DNA of 64,000 nucleotides from an uncultured bacterium (GCA_943787795.1 CALSNU010000003.1:192001-256000), one strand, 5' to 3'. Shown: positions 18,027-28,256, counted from the first letter of the stretch. A program made the numbers and translations. Notes: a model not told the origin generated them from the sequence alone.

Positions 18027-18538
18027 GGTCAGGAAAAGAAGTGGCGTTGAGGCGCGAGGCAGGTCGCGGGAACTGTTGAAGGGCCGCGGCTGCGCCGCAG
18101 GCGTTGGGGTCAGCGGGGGAGGAGGTGGCTCTTTCCACCGCTGTGGTGAAGGGATCGGCGGGCGCTTGCCTCGAAATGAAGCCGACTTCGCGGATCCTCC
18201 GGGCGGAGGGCGAGGCGGAGGACTCTCCAGGCGCCAGAGCCTTGGGCTTCCGGCCTGGACGGGATCGGGGCGGCGAGGCCACGCCTCCTTGTCCATATCC
18301 GAGACGCGGCCGGGCGGCCGAGCGTTCCCATAGATCGGGCAGGAATCTCCTGATCTGCTAGTTCGAGGGGGCGCAGGGTGGTTGAGGACCCGCTCAGGCC
18401 GGCCCTGAGCCTCCTTGGAGGTCAGGCGTGAGGGCTCGGGCAGCCTTGGGGGGCTCGAAGCGGGGGCCCTGATGGTCGGCGGAGGTTCGGGGGATGAATG
18501 CGCTCACACTCCGGTGATTTGGTCCCGTATGTTCCCGC

Positions 18539-19843
18539 GTGATGACGATCCACGACTCAATTCGAGATCGCCGCGCTGGCCGCTTTCTGAGCTGGATGGT
18601 CACCGGCCTCGCGGCGCTGGCGGTGGCGTGTTCTGCCCCCGAAGATCCCGCTGAACCTGGGGCACCGGGACATGGCGGCCCCGGCGGGGAAGCGGGGGCG
18701 GCCAGCCCGGGAGGGGCCGCGGCTCTGAGCTCCGCGGCTCTGAATTCCGCGGCTGCGGGCTCCCCGGGTCCGGAATCTTCCGGGGAACAGCGGTCCGGCT
18801 CCGCATCCCAAGAGGCTTCGCGATCGTCCACGCTGGAGGAGCTGGTGGAGGCGCTGGGCGCGATTCCCTCCGACCTCACGGTCGAGACAGACGAGACGTT
18901 GAGGGAGCCGACGGATCCGGCGGACTGGCCCGCCCCCGCCTCGGTTGGCGGTGATCCCGTTCGTATCGTCAGGGAGTTTCATCCCGCCACCGGAACCCTG
19001 CTGCGTATCGCCACCGCGCGACCAGCGGTGGCAGAGGGCGCTGCCCCGGTCCTGCACGGTCCGGAGTGGCGCTTCCACCCATCGGGCGCGACCCGCTCGA
19101 TCCAGTGGTGGAAGGATGACGTGCCCCACGGCCCCGTGAAGCAGTGGCGACCTGTGGGCATGCTCGCCCGGGAGGGGGTCTTCGTGGATGGGCAGCGCGA
19201 TGGGCTCTGGCGGAGCTTCGCCAAGAACGGGCCGATGACCGAGCAGAAGATCTATCGCCGTGGGCTGCCTGAGGGGCGGCAGCGCGAGTGGTTCTCGTCG
19301 GGCCAGGAGCGCGAAATCGAGAACTATGCGGACGGCGTCCTGCAGGGAGAGCGGAAGGTCTGGGGCCGGAAGGGGCTGCTCGTCCGCAGTGAGAACTACG
19401 ACCGGGGCGTGCTCGAAGGCCGCTGGATGGACTTCCATCCGGGCAGCAGCAGCCCCAAGCAGTGGGGCGAGTACCGAAACGGGAAGAGGGAGGGGGTCTG
19501 GCAGAGCGGGTCGATCCAGGGAGTCACCCTCTCGTCGGCCCACTACAGCGCCGGGGAAATGGACGGGCTGGTCCGGACCTGGAGTGAAGAAGGCGTGCTG
19601 ATCGAGGAGACCATCTTCGCCGAGGGGCAGAAAACGGGACGGTCCGCGACCTGGTACGCCGACGGTGGACCGCAGTCCGAGGGTGAACTGGAGAACGGGC
19701 GCCGGATCGGTCGATGGACGTACTGGAAGAGCGATGGAGCCCTGAACGAGCGCTGGTCCGGCGTGTTCGAAGATGACGAGCGCGTGGGGCCCCTCGAGCC
19801 GGATTCAGCCGCCTCGCGTCCTCCTCTGAAGGCACCTCGATGA
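18539..19843 (+). CDS. MORN-variant (YwqK-like) repeat lipoprotein
   Basis: LAVAC lipobox, low-complexity linker, many G..(D/E)G.W..(F/Y)...G repeats. Confidence 0.85.
   Translation: MMTIHDSIRDRRAGRFLSWMVTGLAALAVACSAPEDPAEPGAPGHGGPGGEAGAASPGGAAALSSAALNSAAAGSPGPESSGEQRSGSASQEASRSSTLEELVEALGAIPSDLTVETDETLREPTDPADWPAPASVGGDPVRIVREFHPATGTLLRIATARPAVAEGAAPVLHGPEWRFHPSGATRSIQWWKDDVPHGPVKQWRPVGMLAREGVFVDGQRDGLWRSFAKNGPMTEQKIYRRGLPEGRQREWFSSGQEREIENYADGVLQGERKVWGRKGLLVRSENYDRGVLEGRWMDFHPGSSSPKQWGEYRNGKREGVWQSGSIQGVTLSSAHYSAGEMDGLVRTWSEEGVLIEETIFAEGQKTGRSATWYADGGPQSEGELENGRRIGRWTYWKSDGALNERWSGVFEDDERVGPLEPDSAASRPPLKAPR
18717..18761. repeat. 15-bp coding tandem repeat (ccgcggctctgagct x3)
   Basis: Units at 18717, 18732 and 18747 in the linker of the MORN lipoprotein. 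Confidence 0.7.
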
Positions 19844-20790
19844 TGAACCCTGCACTGATCTGCTTGTCGCTCGCCGTTTCGGCGCTGTCCGCATATCCCG
19901 CCGCGCAGCAGGAGGACGTGGCCCCCACGCCGCCCCCCTTCGAGGCGCCGCCCGAGGTTATTCCCGAGCTGGAGGGCGGGGTCTTCACGCGCTTCTACCA
20001 CGAGTCTGGCTCCCTCGCGCGGGAGGGCTTCCTGGTGAACGGGGTGCGGGCCGGGATCTGGAAGGCGTGGAACGAGGCGGGGAGCCGGGTCTACGTGGGT
20101 GCCTTTCGTGACTACCGCCGCGTCGGTCCCTGGGTGATCTACGGCAAGGGGGCCCGCGCGACCTCGCAGGGTTCCTACGACGACAAGGGGCTCAGGCACG
20201 GCGCCTGGGCCATCTACGGCGGCCGCGGCGATCTACGGCTCGTCGCTCACTACGACCACGGACTCAGGGACGGCGCGCTCGAACGCTTCACCCGAGGCGG
20301 CCTCCTCGTGGAGCGGACCCTCTACAAGGCGGACCTGAAGGACGGCCCCAGTATCAAGAAGTCGACGGGTGCCAAGGCGCTCGTCGAGGAGGGCCTCTGG
20401 TCTTCTGGCAAGCGCATCGGCTCCTGGAAGTTCTATCACGAGGACGGCGCGCTGAAGCGCGTGGGCAGCTTCAAGGCGGGCATGGAAGACGGCGAGTGGG
20501 TCAGCTACTTCCCCAACGGCAAGCGGGAGAGCGTTGGCCGCTTCGAAGCGGGGCGAGCGGTCGGGGTCTGGACGGGGTACCACAAGCAAGGCGAGCGGCG
20601 CTTCGTGGCGACGTTTGTGGGCGGGATCCAGGAGGGGCCTTACACGGAGTGGGGGCGGAGCGGCCAGCTCCTGGCGGAGGGTGACTACAAGGCGGGTACC
20701 TACGAGGGCCCGTGGAAGTTCTGGAGCGCCGAGGGGCAGCTCGATACGACCCGGACGGGCCGCTACAGCAAGGGAGCACTGATCCAATGA
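19840..20790 (+). CDS. Exported MORN-variant (YwqK-like) repeat protein
   Basis: Signal peptide; repeats such as GKRIGSWKFYHEDG and GMEDGEWVSYFPNG; ATGA overlap with the upstream gene. Confidence 0.88.
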   Translation: MMNPALICLSLAVSALSAYPAAQQEDVAPTPPPFEAPPEVIPELEGGVFTRFYHESGSLAREGFLVNGVRAGIWKAWNEAGSRVYVGAFRDYRRVGPWVIYGKGARATSQGSYDDKGLRHGAWAIYGGRGDLRLVAHYDHGLRDGALERFTRGGLLVERTLYKADLKDGPSIKKSTGAKALVEEGLWSSGKRIGSWKFYHEDGALKRVGSFKAGMEDGEWVSYFPNGKRESVGRFEAGRAVGVWTGYHKQGERRFVATFVGGIQEGPYTEWGRSGQLLAEGDYKAGTYEGPWKFWSAEGQLDTTRTGRYSKGALIQ

Positions 20791-21887
20791 TCCTCCATGC
20801 CATCGTCGCCTCGGCGGCTCCGCTCCTGCTGTCTGCGGCTCAGGAGCCCGTCGAGGTCCGCTTTGACCCGTCCCCGGGAGCCTCTCTGGCGATCACGGCG
20901 ACCGAGACACACGACTTGCTCCTCGAGTCGCTGGTGACGCGCCGAGGCGCCGGGTCGCCCGCTCAGGCGGAGATCGAGCTCCGCCTTCGGTCGCGCCTGG
21001 AGACGGTCATTGCCGACGGCTTCAAGGAGGAGGCAGCCCGTCGCCGCCGTAGGTACCTGGGGCTCGAAGGCCGGCTGGAGCTGGTCGACCCGAGGTCCCT
21101 CAACGAGGAGACGGGGGAGTGGAGCGGTCAGATCATCGAGTTGACCTCGCCCTTCGATGGCGTCAGCGTCGCCTTCGAGCCGATCCCTGGGAGCCCCGGT
21201 CGCTTCGGCCGCCACTACGACGGCCGGGCGCTCAGGGAGGCCTTCCTGCCGACCCTTGAGGCTCCGTTCGACTGGGGCAGGTTTCTAGGGACCGCCCCCG
21301 GCCGGGCGGCGAGGAGCGTAAGCCAAGGCGACCGGTGGTCTCTCCCGCCCGAGGTCCTTCAGCCGCTCCTCGCGCCCAGTGGCTTCCTGCTCTGGCGAGG
21401 CAACGAGGGCGCCGACGAGCAGATCCTGCGAGCCTTTCAAAGCGGCGTGGCAGGCAACCTCTACCTCGGTTTTGACGGCAGCGTTGAGGGCACGGTGGAG
21501 GCGTCGGTCAAGACCATCGGCGGAGACTCGCCCGCGACTCGCTTCGTGGAGTTCGAATTCAAGTTCGATGTGACCATGCGGTCGGACCGCACAGAGTTCA
21601 TCAAGGAGAACCGGCTCGACGCCGAGGCCCGCGAGCAGGTGGAGACCCTCTCCGCGCAGCTCGCCGTCCAGGCCAAGGGCGGGGCGACGCTCCGGTGGAG
21701 CGTCGCGGATCAGCAGCCGATCGGAGCGCTTGTCCTCTGCGACGAGATCGTGGAGCTCGCTGTGCAGATCCTTCCGCCGGAAGGAGGCCCCGTGGAGCAG
21801 CGGATCCGAATGGTCGGTGGGCTGGCGAATCGGCTCGAGTTCCGCGAGGTCCAGCAGGCCGCGCCGCTCCGGAGCGAGGGGCGCTGA
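20787..21887 (+). CDS. Hypothetical exported beta-rich protein
   Basis: ATGA overlap at 20787-20790; signal peptide MILHAIVASAAPLLLSAAQ; coding codon bias. Confidence 0.75.
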   Translation: MILHAIVASAAPLLLSAAQEPVEVRFDPSPGASLAITATETHDLLLESLVTRRGAGSPAQAEIELRLRSRLETVIADGFKEEAARRRRRYLGLEGRLELVDPRSLNEETGEWSGQIIELTSPFDGVSVAFEPIPGSPGRFGRHYDGRALREAFLPTLEAPFDWGRFLGTAPGRAARSVSQGDRWSLPPEVLQPLLAPSGFLLWRGNEGADEQILRAFQSGVAGNLYLGFDGSVEGTVEASVKTIGGDSPATRFVEFEFKFDVTMRSDRTEFIKENRLDAEAREQVETLSAQLAVQAKGGATLRWSVADQQPIGALVLCDEIVELAVQILPPEGGPVEQRIRMVGGLANRLEFREVQQAAPLRSEGR

Positions 21888-22046
21888 TCGGGGGGCGATC
21901 TCGTCCTCGCCCGCGCCGCTGAAGGCGCCGTCTGCGGCCGGACCGTCGGGGACCAGGCTGGTGTTGACCACCTGTCCGGTGAAGCGGTCGAAGATGCGGC
22001 CCTCCCGCTGCGTCAAGTTGTGCGCACCGCCCTGGACCGCGATCGC
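21888..22046 (-). pseudogene. Fragment resembling a TolB/PD40-like beta-propeller repeat
   Basis: Reads AIAVQGGAHNLTQREGRIFDRFTGQVVNTSLVPDGPAADGAFSG with strong GC3 bias; bounded upstream by an in-frame TGA (22047-22049) and running into the convergent gene. Confidence 0.4.
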
Positions 22047-22335
22047 TCATGGGTCGGGCGACGCGAGCATTGCGGTCCAGCGGACAACGAGCCGCGCGGG
22101 GGGCGATATCCCGGCGGGGACCGCTGGCCAGCTCCAGGCCCGGCTCCAGGCTCAAGACCAGGGCCTGAGCATCGGACCGCGCGCGGCGGACCGGCGGAGG
22201 CCGTCGCGCGGACTGTTGCCTCGAATCGAGCGCCTGAAGGTTGCCTGCGGCGCGTGAAGGCGGAAACTGGTGGCCTCCAAACCCCGCGGATCCAACCCGT
22301 GGTCCACGGGACAGGTTCCCCAGGAGCCCCCAAGA

Positions 22336-24282
22336 ATGACTGCCCAGACAGAAAAGCACAGCTTCGAAGCCGAGGTCCAGCAGGTCCTCTCGCTCGTCAT
22401 CCACTCGCTCTACACCAACCGCGAGATCTTCCTCCGCGAGCTGATCTCCAACGCGAGTGATGCCCTCGACAAGCTCCGGTTCGAGTCGCTCACGGACGCC
22501 TCGCTGGTCGAGGAGGGGGAGACGCTGGGCGTGGCCCTGGAGGTCGACGCGGAGTCGAACGTACTGCGAGTCGCGGACAACGGGATCGGGATGGACCGCG
22601 AGGAGCTGACGAAGAACCTCGGCACCATCGCGAGCTCCGGCACGCGGCGCTTCCTGGAAGCGAGCGCATCGGACGGACAGGGCGACGAGCGCCCGGACCT
22701 CATCGGGCAATTCGGCGTCGGCTTCTACAGCGCCTTCATGGTGGCTGAAGAGGTGGTCGTCGAGACGCGCCGTGCGGGGAGCGACGAGGGCTGGCGCTGG
22801 AGTTCCAAGGGCGACGGCTCCTACGAGATCGAGCCGGTCGAGGGCCTGGCCCGCGGGACCGTCGTCTCGCTCCACCTCCGCGAGGCCGCCGAGGGAGAGG
22901 AAGGCGCCGGGCCGCGCAAGTTCCTCGAGGAGTTCACGCTCCGCGACGTGGTCCGCCGCTACAGCGACTTCGTCGAGTACCCCATTCAGATGGAGATCGA
23001 GCGGAACGAGCCCAAGCTCGATGACGAGGGCAAGCCAATCGAGGGAGAGACCGTCACCGAGACCAAGCTCGAGACCCTCAACTCGCAGAAGCCCCTGTGG
23101 TCGCGTCCCAGGTCGGAGATCACGGACGAGGAGCACGCGGAGTTCTACCGGCACCTGACGCACGACTGGAACGAGCCCTTCGGCAACCTGCACTTCAGCG
23201 CCGAGGGGGCGCTGGAGTACACCGCGCTCCTCTACCTGCCGAAGCAGCCGCCCTTCGATCAGTTCGACCCCTCCAACCGCGAGTCGAACGTCAGCCTCTA
23301 CGTCCGCCGGGTGCTCATCCAGCGTGAGTGCACCGAGCTCTTGCCCTCGTGGCTGCGTTTTGTGCGCGGCGTCGTGGAGTGCTCGGACCTACCCCTGAAT
23401 GTCTCCCGCGAGACCCTGCAGGACGACCCGCGCCTCGGCCAGATCCGCAAGCGTCTCGTGAAGAAGGTCCTCGACGAGCTGAGCTCGCTCCTGGGCAAGG
23501 ACCGCGAGGCCTACGCGTCCTTCTGGGAGGGCTTCGGCCAGGTCATCAAGGAGGGCATCTGGTCCGGCGACGATACCGAGGGGCGCATCGCGGGCGTCTG
23601 CCTGTTCGCGTCTTCCAACGGCGAGGCGCCGGTCACGCTCGAGGAGTACGTGGGACGGATGGCCGAGGGGCAGGACTCGATCCACGTCCTGACGGGTGCG
23701 GACCGCATCACGGTCGAGGCCTCGCCGCTGCTCGACGCCGTCCTGGAGCGAGGCGAGGAGGTGATCTATCTCATCGACCCCGTAGACGAGTGGATGCTGC
23801 AGCGGCTCACGGAGTTCGACGGCAAGAAGATCGTCCCGCTGGATCGCGCGGACGCGGCCGAGGACGACGACGCCCGCGAGAAGCGTGAGGAGCTCCAGAA
23901 GGAGCACGAGGGCCTGCTCGGTGCCCTGAAGGGACCGCTGGACCAGGAGATTGAAGAGGTCCGCTTCACCTCTCGTCTCAAGGACAGCCCCGCCGTCCTC
24001 GTCGCGGCAGAGGGCGGGATCTCTGGCCACATGGAGCGCATGCTCAAGCGGTCAGGGCAGGATGTGCCCCCGCAGAAGCGGGTGCTCGAGCTGAACCCGG
24101 ACCACGACCTCGTGAAGAGCCTCACCAAGCTCTACGGCGTCGACCAGAACTCCCCGAGGATCGCGGAGGCGGCCGAGGTGCTGCACGGCCAGGCGCTGCT
24201 CGCCGAGGGCGGCGCGCCGAAGGACCCCAAGCGCTTCGGGCAGCTGGTCACGGACCTGCTCCTGAATTCGGTGAAGGGCTGA
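22336..24282 (+). CDS. htpG: Chaperone HtpG (Hsp90)
   Basis: FEAEVQQVLSLVIHSLYTNREIFLRELISNASDA, DNGIGM, IGQFGVGFYSAF, LPLNVSRE. Confidence 0.97.
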   Translation: MTAQTEKHSFEAEVQQVLSLVIHSLYTNREIFLRELISNASDALDKLRFESLTDASLVEEGETLGVALEVDAESNVLRVADNGIGMDREELTKNLGTIASSGTRRFLEASASDGQGDERPDLIGQFGVGFYSAFMVAEEVVVETRRAGSDEGWRWSSKGDGSYEIEPVEGLARGTVVSLHLREAAEGEEGAGPRKFLEEFTLRDVVRRYSDFVEYPIQMEIERNEPKLDDEGKPIEGETVTETKLETLNSQKPLWSRPRSEITDEEHAEFYRHLTHDWNEPFGNLHFSAEGALEYTALLYLPKQPPFDQFDPSNRESNVSLYVRRVLIQRECTELLPSWLRFVRGVVECSDLPLNVSRETLQDDPRLGQIRKRLVKKVLDELSSLLGKDREAYASFWEGFGQVIKEGIWSGDDTEGRIAGVCLFASSNGEAPVTLEEYVGRMAEGQDSIHVLTGADRITVEASPLLDAVLERGEEVIYLIDPVDEWMLQRLTEFDGKKIVPLDRADAAEDDDAREKREELQKEHEGLLGALKGPLDQEIEEVRFTSRLKDSPAVLVAAEGGISGHMERMLKRSGQDVPPQKRVLELNPDHDLVKSLTKLYGVDQNSPRIAEAAEVLHGQALLAEGGAPKDPKRFGQLVTDLLLNSVKG

Positions 24283-24325
24283 GCCGGCGGGCGAGGCCCT
24301 GGAGCCAGGCTGCTATGGTCCAACC

Positions 24326-25492
24326 ATGAGCCAACGTCTCCATGGCCTCGCCCAGTCCGAGATCCGCGCGATGACCCGCGCGGCGGACGCGGCGGGCGCG
24401 ATCAACCTCGGGCAGGGGATCTGTGACCTCCCGACGCCTGCGCCCGTGGCGGACGCCGCGGTCCAGGCCATCCGGGACCGCAAGAGCACCTACACGTACT
24501 GCGAGGGCGATGCAGATCTGCGGCGCAAGATCGCCGCGAAGCTCAAGCGGGTGAACGGGATCGAGGCGGACCCAGAGACCGACATCGTGGTGACCGCCGG
24601 CTCGGCCGCGGCCTTCACCTGCGTGCTCCACGGGCTCTTCGATCCGGGCGATGAGCTGCTGATCCCCGAGCCCTATTACGGCTATCACGTGGGCGCGGCC
24701 AAGGTCTCGGGGGTCGTCCCGGCCTGCGTCGGCCTCCGCGCCCCGGCCTTCGAGCTGACCGAGGACCTGCTGCAGGCGGCGATCACGCCCAGGACCCGCG
24801 GGCTCGTGCTGTGCACGCCCTCGAACCCCTCGGGCCGGATGCTCACTCGCGGCGAGCTCGAGGTCGCGGCGCGGGTGGCGGAGGAGCACGACCTGATTGT
24901 GATCACCGACGAGATCTACGAGTCGATCACCTACGACGGGCGCGAGCACATCTCGCCGGCCTCCATCTCGGACGCCATGGCGCGCCGCACGGTGACGATC
25001 CTGGGGCTCTCAAAGACCTTCAGCATCACGGGATGGCGGCTCGGGTACGTGGTCGCGCCAGCGGCCATGGCCGAGAAGCTCAAGCTCGTCCATGACCTCT
25101 TCTACATCTGCGCGCCGACACCGCTGCAGCACGGCGTGGCCGCTGGCTTCGACCTGGACGACGCCTTCTTCGAGGAGATGAGGGCGGACTACGACAGCAA
25201 GCGGGCCCTGCTCGTGGACACACTCCGAGAGATCGGGCTGACCCCGATCGTGCCCGAGGGCGCCTATTACATCCTCGCGGACGTTTCGGGGATGGGGGAG
25301 CCCACGGCCAAGGCCGCCGCCATGCGCCTCGTGGAGGAGGCGGGCGTGGCCGCGGTGCCGGGCACCGCCTTCTTCTCGGGGACGGCGGGGGAGACCGGCG
25401 AGGGGCTCGTCCGGTTCTGCTACGCCAAGGAGCAGGGGGCCCTCGAGGAGGCTTGCCGGCGGCTCCGCACCTGGGGAGCCGCGAGGGCGTAG
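24326..25492 (+). CDS. PLP-dependent aminotransferase, class I/II
   Basis: INLGQG, TPSNPSG, DEIYE, SKTFSITGWRLGY, VRFCYAK. Confidence 0.93.
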   Translation: MSQRLHGLAQSEIRAMTRAADAAGAINLGQGICDLPTPAPVADAAVQAIRDRKSTYTYCEGDADLRRKIAAKLKRVNGIEADPETDIVVTAGSAAAFTCVLHGLFDPGDELLIPEPYYGYHVGAAKVSGVVPACVGLRAPAFELTEDLLQAAITPRTRGLVLCTPSNPSGRMLTRGELEVAARVAEEHDLIVITDEIYESITYDGREHISPASISDAMARRTVTILGLSKTFSITGWRLGYVVAPAAMAEKLKLVHDLFYICAPTPLQHGVAAGFDLDDAFFEEMRADYDSKRALLVDTLREIGLTPIVPEGAYYILADVSGMGEPTAKAAAMRLVEEAGVAAVPGTAFFSGTAGETGEGLVRFCYAKEQGALEEACRRLRTWGAARA

Positions 25493-25502
25493 ACTCTCGT
25501 CG

Positions 25503-26657
25503 ATGCCTGACTCCCAGGTCCAGCCGAAGCACAAGCTCCGCGTCCCTCGCGCGCGGCGCGGCCCCTTCCGGATCCTCCTCGGGACCCGTAAGGGGGCCTT
25601 CGTCATGGAGGGGGAAGGGACCCGCCGAGACTTCGAGGCGCCGCAGCCGGCCATGCTCGGCCGGACCTGCTTCCACATCGTGCGGGACCCGTTCCAGCGC
25701 GATGTGCTGCTGGCCGGGGTCCGCGGCCCCGGGGAGGCCCCGATGGTGATGAGGTCCGAGGACGCGGGCGTGAGCTGGGCCGCTGCCGACGAGCCGCCCC
25801 GCTTCGGACCGGCGGAGGCCGACGCGCCCTTCGAGCGAGAAGTCCACCAGGTCTTCTGGCTCTCCCCCGGGCACCCAGGTGACCGCGACACGTGGTTCGC
25901 CGGCACGTGCCCCCAGGGCCTGTTCCGTTCGGACGATGGAGGGAGGCGCTGGGCGCCCGTCGCCGGGCTGCACGGGCACCCGCGCTTCGAGGAGTGGACG
26001 GATCTCACGGGGGACCGGACGCCTGACGGCCCGAAGTTGCACTCGGTCCACGTGGACCCGCGCGCCTCGTCGCGCATGACCCTGGCCATGTCCAGCGGGG
26101 GCGTGCTTGCGACGGAGGATGGCGGGGAGAGCTGGGAGCGCCTGGCCGGCGGCCTTGACCATGACGCGGCCGTCACGCCGCAGCTGGTCGTCCCTGCCGC
26201 GACCAACCCCGACAGGCTTTGGATGCAGGGCCACCACGGCCTGCACCGCATGGACCGAGAGGAGGGCGTGTGGGTCCGTACCGGGCCGCGGGACCCCGAC
26301 GGCGAGTTCAACGATGCGGGCTTCGCCGTGGCCGTCCATCCTCACGATCCGGACACGTGCTGGGTGGTGCCGGTCGACGGCAAGAGCGGCGGCCGGAGGC
26401 TGCCGCTCGGAGGGCGCCCAGCACTCTACCGCACAACGGACGCCGGAGAGACTTGGGAGCGCCAGGGGGCCGGTCTCGCGGAGGAGGGCGCGTGGTGGAC
26501 CGTGAAGCGTCAGGCACTCGCCGTCGACGGCTGCGATCCGCTTGGCCTCTACCTCGGCACCTCATCGGGCGAGGTCTGGGCCTCGCGTGACGAGGGGGAG
26601 AGCTGGGCTCGAATCGCCAGCGGCCTGCCGGCGATCTACAGCGTGGAGATCGGCTGA
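25503..26657 (+). CDS. BNR/Asp-box beta-propeller (sialidase-like) protein
   Basis: LGTRKG, several S.D.G.SW Asp-boxes, GEVWASRDEGESW, LPAIYSV C-terminus. Confidence 0.88.
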   Translation: MPDSQVQPKHKLRVPRARRGPFRILLGTRKGAFVMEGEGTRRDFEAPQPAMLGRTCFHIVRDPFQRDVLLAGVRGPGEAPMVMRSEDAGVSWAAADEPPRFGPAEADAPFEREVHQVFWLSPGHPGDRDTWFAGTCPQGLFRSDDGGRRWAPVAGLHGHPRFEEWTDLTGDRTPDGPKLHSVHVDPRASSRMTLAMSSGGVLATEDGGESWERLAGGLDHDAAVTPQLVVPAATNPDRLWMQGHHGLHRMDREEGVWVRTGPRDPDGEFNDAGFAVAVHPHDPDTCWVVPVDGKSGGRRLPLGGRPALYRTTDAGETWERQGAGLAEEGAWWTVKRQALAVDGCDPLGLYLGTSSGEVWASRDEGESWARIASGLPAIYSVEIG

Positions 26658-26663
26658 GCCGCG

Positions 26664-28256
26664 ATGGAATCCCCCGACTCTCTGCCTCCCATCCACGGGG
26701 AGACGACGGCGCCCCGCGCCCTGCTTGCTCTCGCCCTCGCGATGGCGCTCCTGCCCTTCGCCTTCCTGGTCCACCGCTTCGACTTCATCTGCGACGACGC
26801 CTTCATCACCTTCCGCTACTCCCGGAATCTCGCGGAGGGGCTCGGGCTCGTCTACAACCCCCCTCAGCTCGAGGCTCCGGTCGAGGGCTACAGCGAGTTT
26901 CTCTGGGCGGGGCTCATGGCCTTCGGGATGAAGATCGGCGTGGGGCCCGAGCTGTTGAGCCGCATCCTCTCGGTACTCGCGGGATCGCTCATGGTCGCGG
27001 CCCTCGTCCGCGCGATCACGCGGCGGTACCCCGACGCGCCAGCGACCGTGCTGGCGTCGGCCTTGTTGGTCGGCACGGCGCCGCCGCTGGCGGTCTGGGC
27101 CACGGGCGGCATGGCCACCATGCCCACCGCTGCCCTCGCCGTCGCGCTCTTCCTGGTCGCCCACGGCGCTCCCGCCCAGAGCTGGAGGCGGCGGGCGCTC
27201 TTGCTCGGGCTGATCACCGCCGGGCTGACGCTGATGCGGGCGGACGCCGCCCTCCTTGTGGCCCTGATCCTGTCGCCGCCGATCATCACCGGGCTGAACC
27301 GCCGGGACGAGCTTCAGTGGCGTCCCGCCCTCGCCGCGGCGGGCACGGGAGCGCTGGTGTTCTTCGGTCAGATGGCGTGGCGCGGCTCGGTCTACGGGGA
27401 CTGGGTCCCCAACACCGCGCGCGTGAAGCTGGGCTTCTCCGGAGCTGCCGCCGAGCGGGGCCTGGACTACGTCGTCTCCGCGTGGCTCTCCATGCCTGGT
27501 CTCGGGCTGATGACGCTGGGTGCCTTCGCTGGCGCCTGGTGCAGCCGCCGCCGGGTCGGCGCGGCCGAGGCGAGCGGGGTGGCGGTCATGGTCGCGGGGG
27601 GCACCGCCTACGCCACCTCGTCGGGCGGCGACTTCATGTGCTTCGCCCGCTTCCTCGTGCCGGTGCTGCCCTTCGCGGTGCTCGGCTCGGCGGGCGCCTT
27701 GGCGTGGGTCGAGCGGCGTTCGCCCTCGGGGGCCTTCCTCGCCGGGGCGGCGACCGCGACGCTCTCGGTGCTCGCAGCCTTCGACGTGCATGTGGTCCCC
27801 GAAGCCACGCGGCTGAGGTTTCACTTCCGGCACAACCAGACCTTGATGGGGGTCAAGCCCTCGGCCTCCGAGGTTGAGCAGTGGCGCAACATGTCGGATC
27901 GCGCGGGTTACTGGGCGGAGGTGGGGCGTGCCCTGGCTCAGCATGCGCCGCCGCGCTCGTCTCTGGTGTACGGGGCCGTTGGGGCGATCGGCTTCCACTC
28001 GAACCTCTTCATCCACGACCGGAACGGGCTGGTGACCCGCGAGGTCGCCATGCGCCCTCCGCACCAGGAGCTCCGGTCGCCAGGGCACGACAAGGCGGTC
28101 CCGCCGGAGTTCTTCCTGCGCTACAGCCCGACGTTCCTCGACGCGGGCCTGTGTGCGGCGAACGCGTTCCCTCCGAGGCAGAAGGCGGGGGCGCGGGTGG
28201 AGGTGCTGGGGCCGGGCGGCCGCCCGGGGACGGTGCTCTGGGTGCAGCGCCCCTGA
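26664..28256 (+). CDS. GT-C-fold membrane glycosyltransferase (AftB-like)
   Basis: DDAFITFRYSRNLAEGLGLVYNP..VEGYS, many TM helices, YGDWVPNT..K, GGDFM..ARF, PGHDK. Confidence 0.75.
   Translation: MESPDSLPPIHGETTAPRALLALALAMALLPFAFLVHRFDFICDDAFITFRYSRNLAEGLGLVYNPPQLEAPVEGYSEFLWAGLMAFGMKIGVGPELLSRILSVLAGSLMVAALVRAITRRYPDAPATVLASALLVGTAPPLAVWATGGMATMPTAALAVALFLVAHGAPAQSWRRRALLLGLITAGLTLMRADAALLVALILSPPIITGLNRRDELQWRPALAAAGTGALVFFGQMAWRGSVYGDWVPNTARVKLGFSGAAAERGLDYVVSAWLSMPGLGLMTLGAFAGAWCSRRRVGAAEASGVAVMVAGGTAYATSSGGDFMCFARFLVPVLPFAVLGSAGALAWVERRSPSGAFLAGAATATLSVLAAFDVHVVPEATRLRFHFRHNQTLMGVKPSASEVEQWRNMSDRAGYWAEVGRALAQHAPPRSSLVYGAVGAIGFHSNLFIHDRNGLVTREVAMRPPHQELRSPGHDKAVPPEFFLRYSPTFLDAGLCAANAFPPRQKAGARVEVLGPGGRPGTVLWVQRP

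Noticed and set aside
18027..18538. Sigma-54 -24/-12 promoters here and in other intergenic regions
   Set aside because: No convincing TGGCAC-N5-TTGC was found by eye; a PWM scan would be needed.
18539..20790. YwqJK-type toxin-antitoxin module
   Set aside because: No toxin or deaminase gene is adjacent, and the MORN proteins carry export signals.
22047..22070. In-frame TGA within a hairpin as possible selenocysteine recoding
   Set aside because: The hairpin surrounds the TGA rather than following it as a bacterial SECIS would, the upstream codons do not look coding, and there is no redox motif.
22200..22335. CIRCE/HrcA operator upstream of htpG
   Set aside because: No TTAGCACTC-N9-GAGTGCTAA match with correct spacing was seen.
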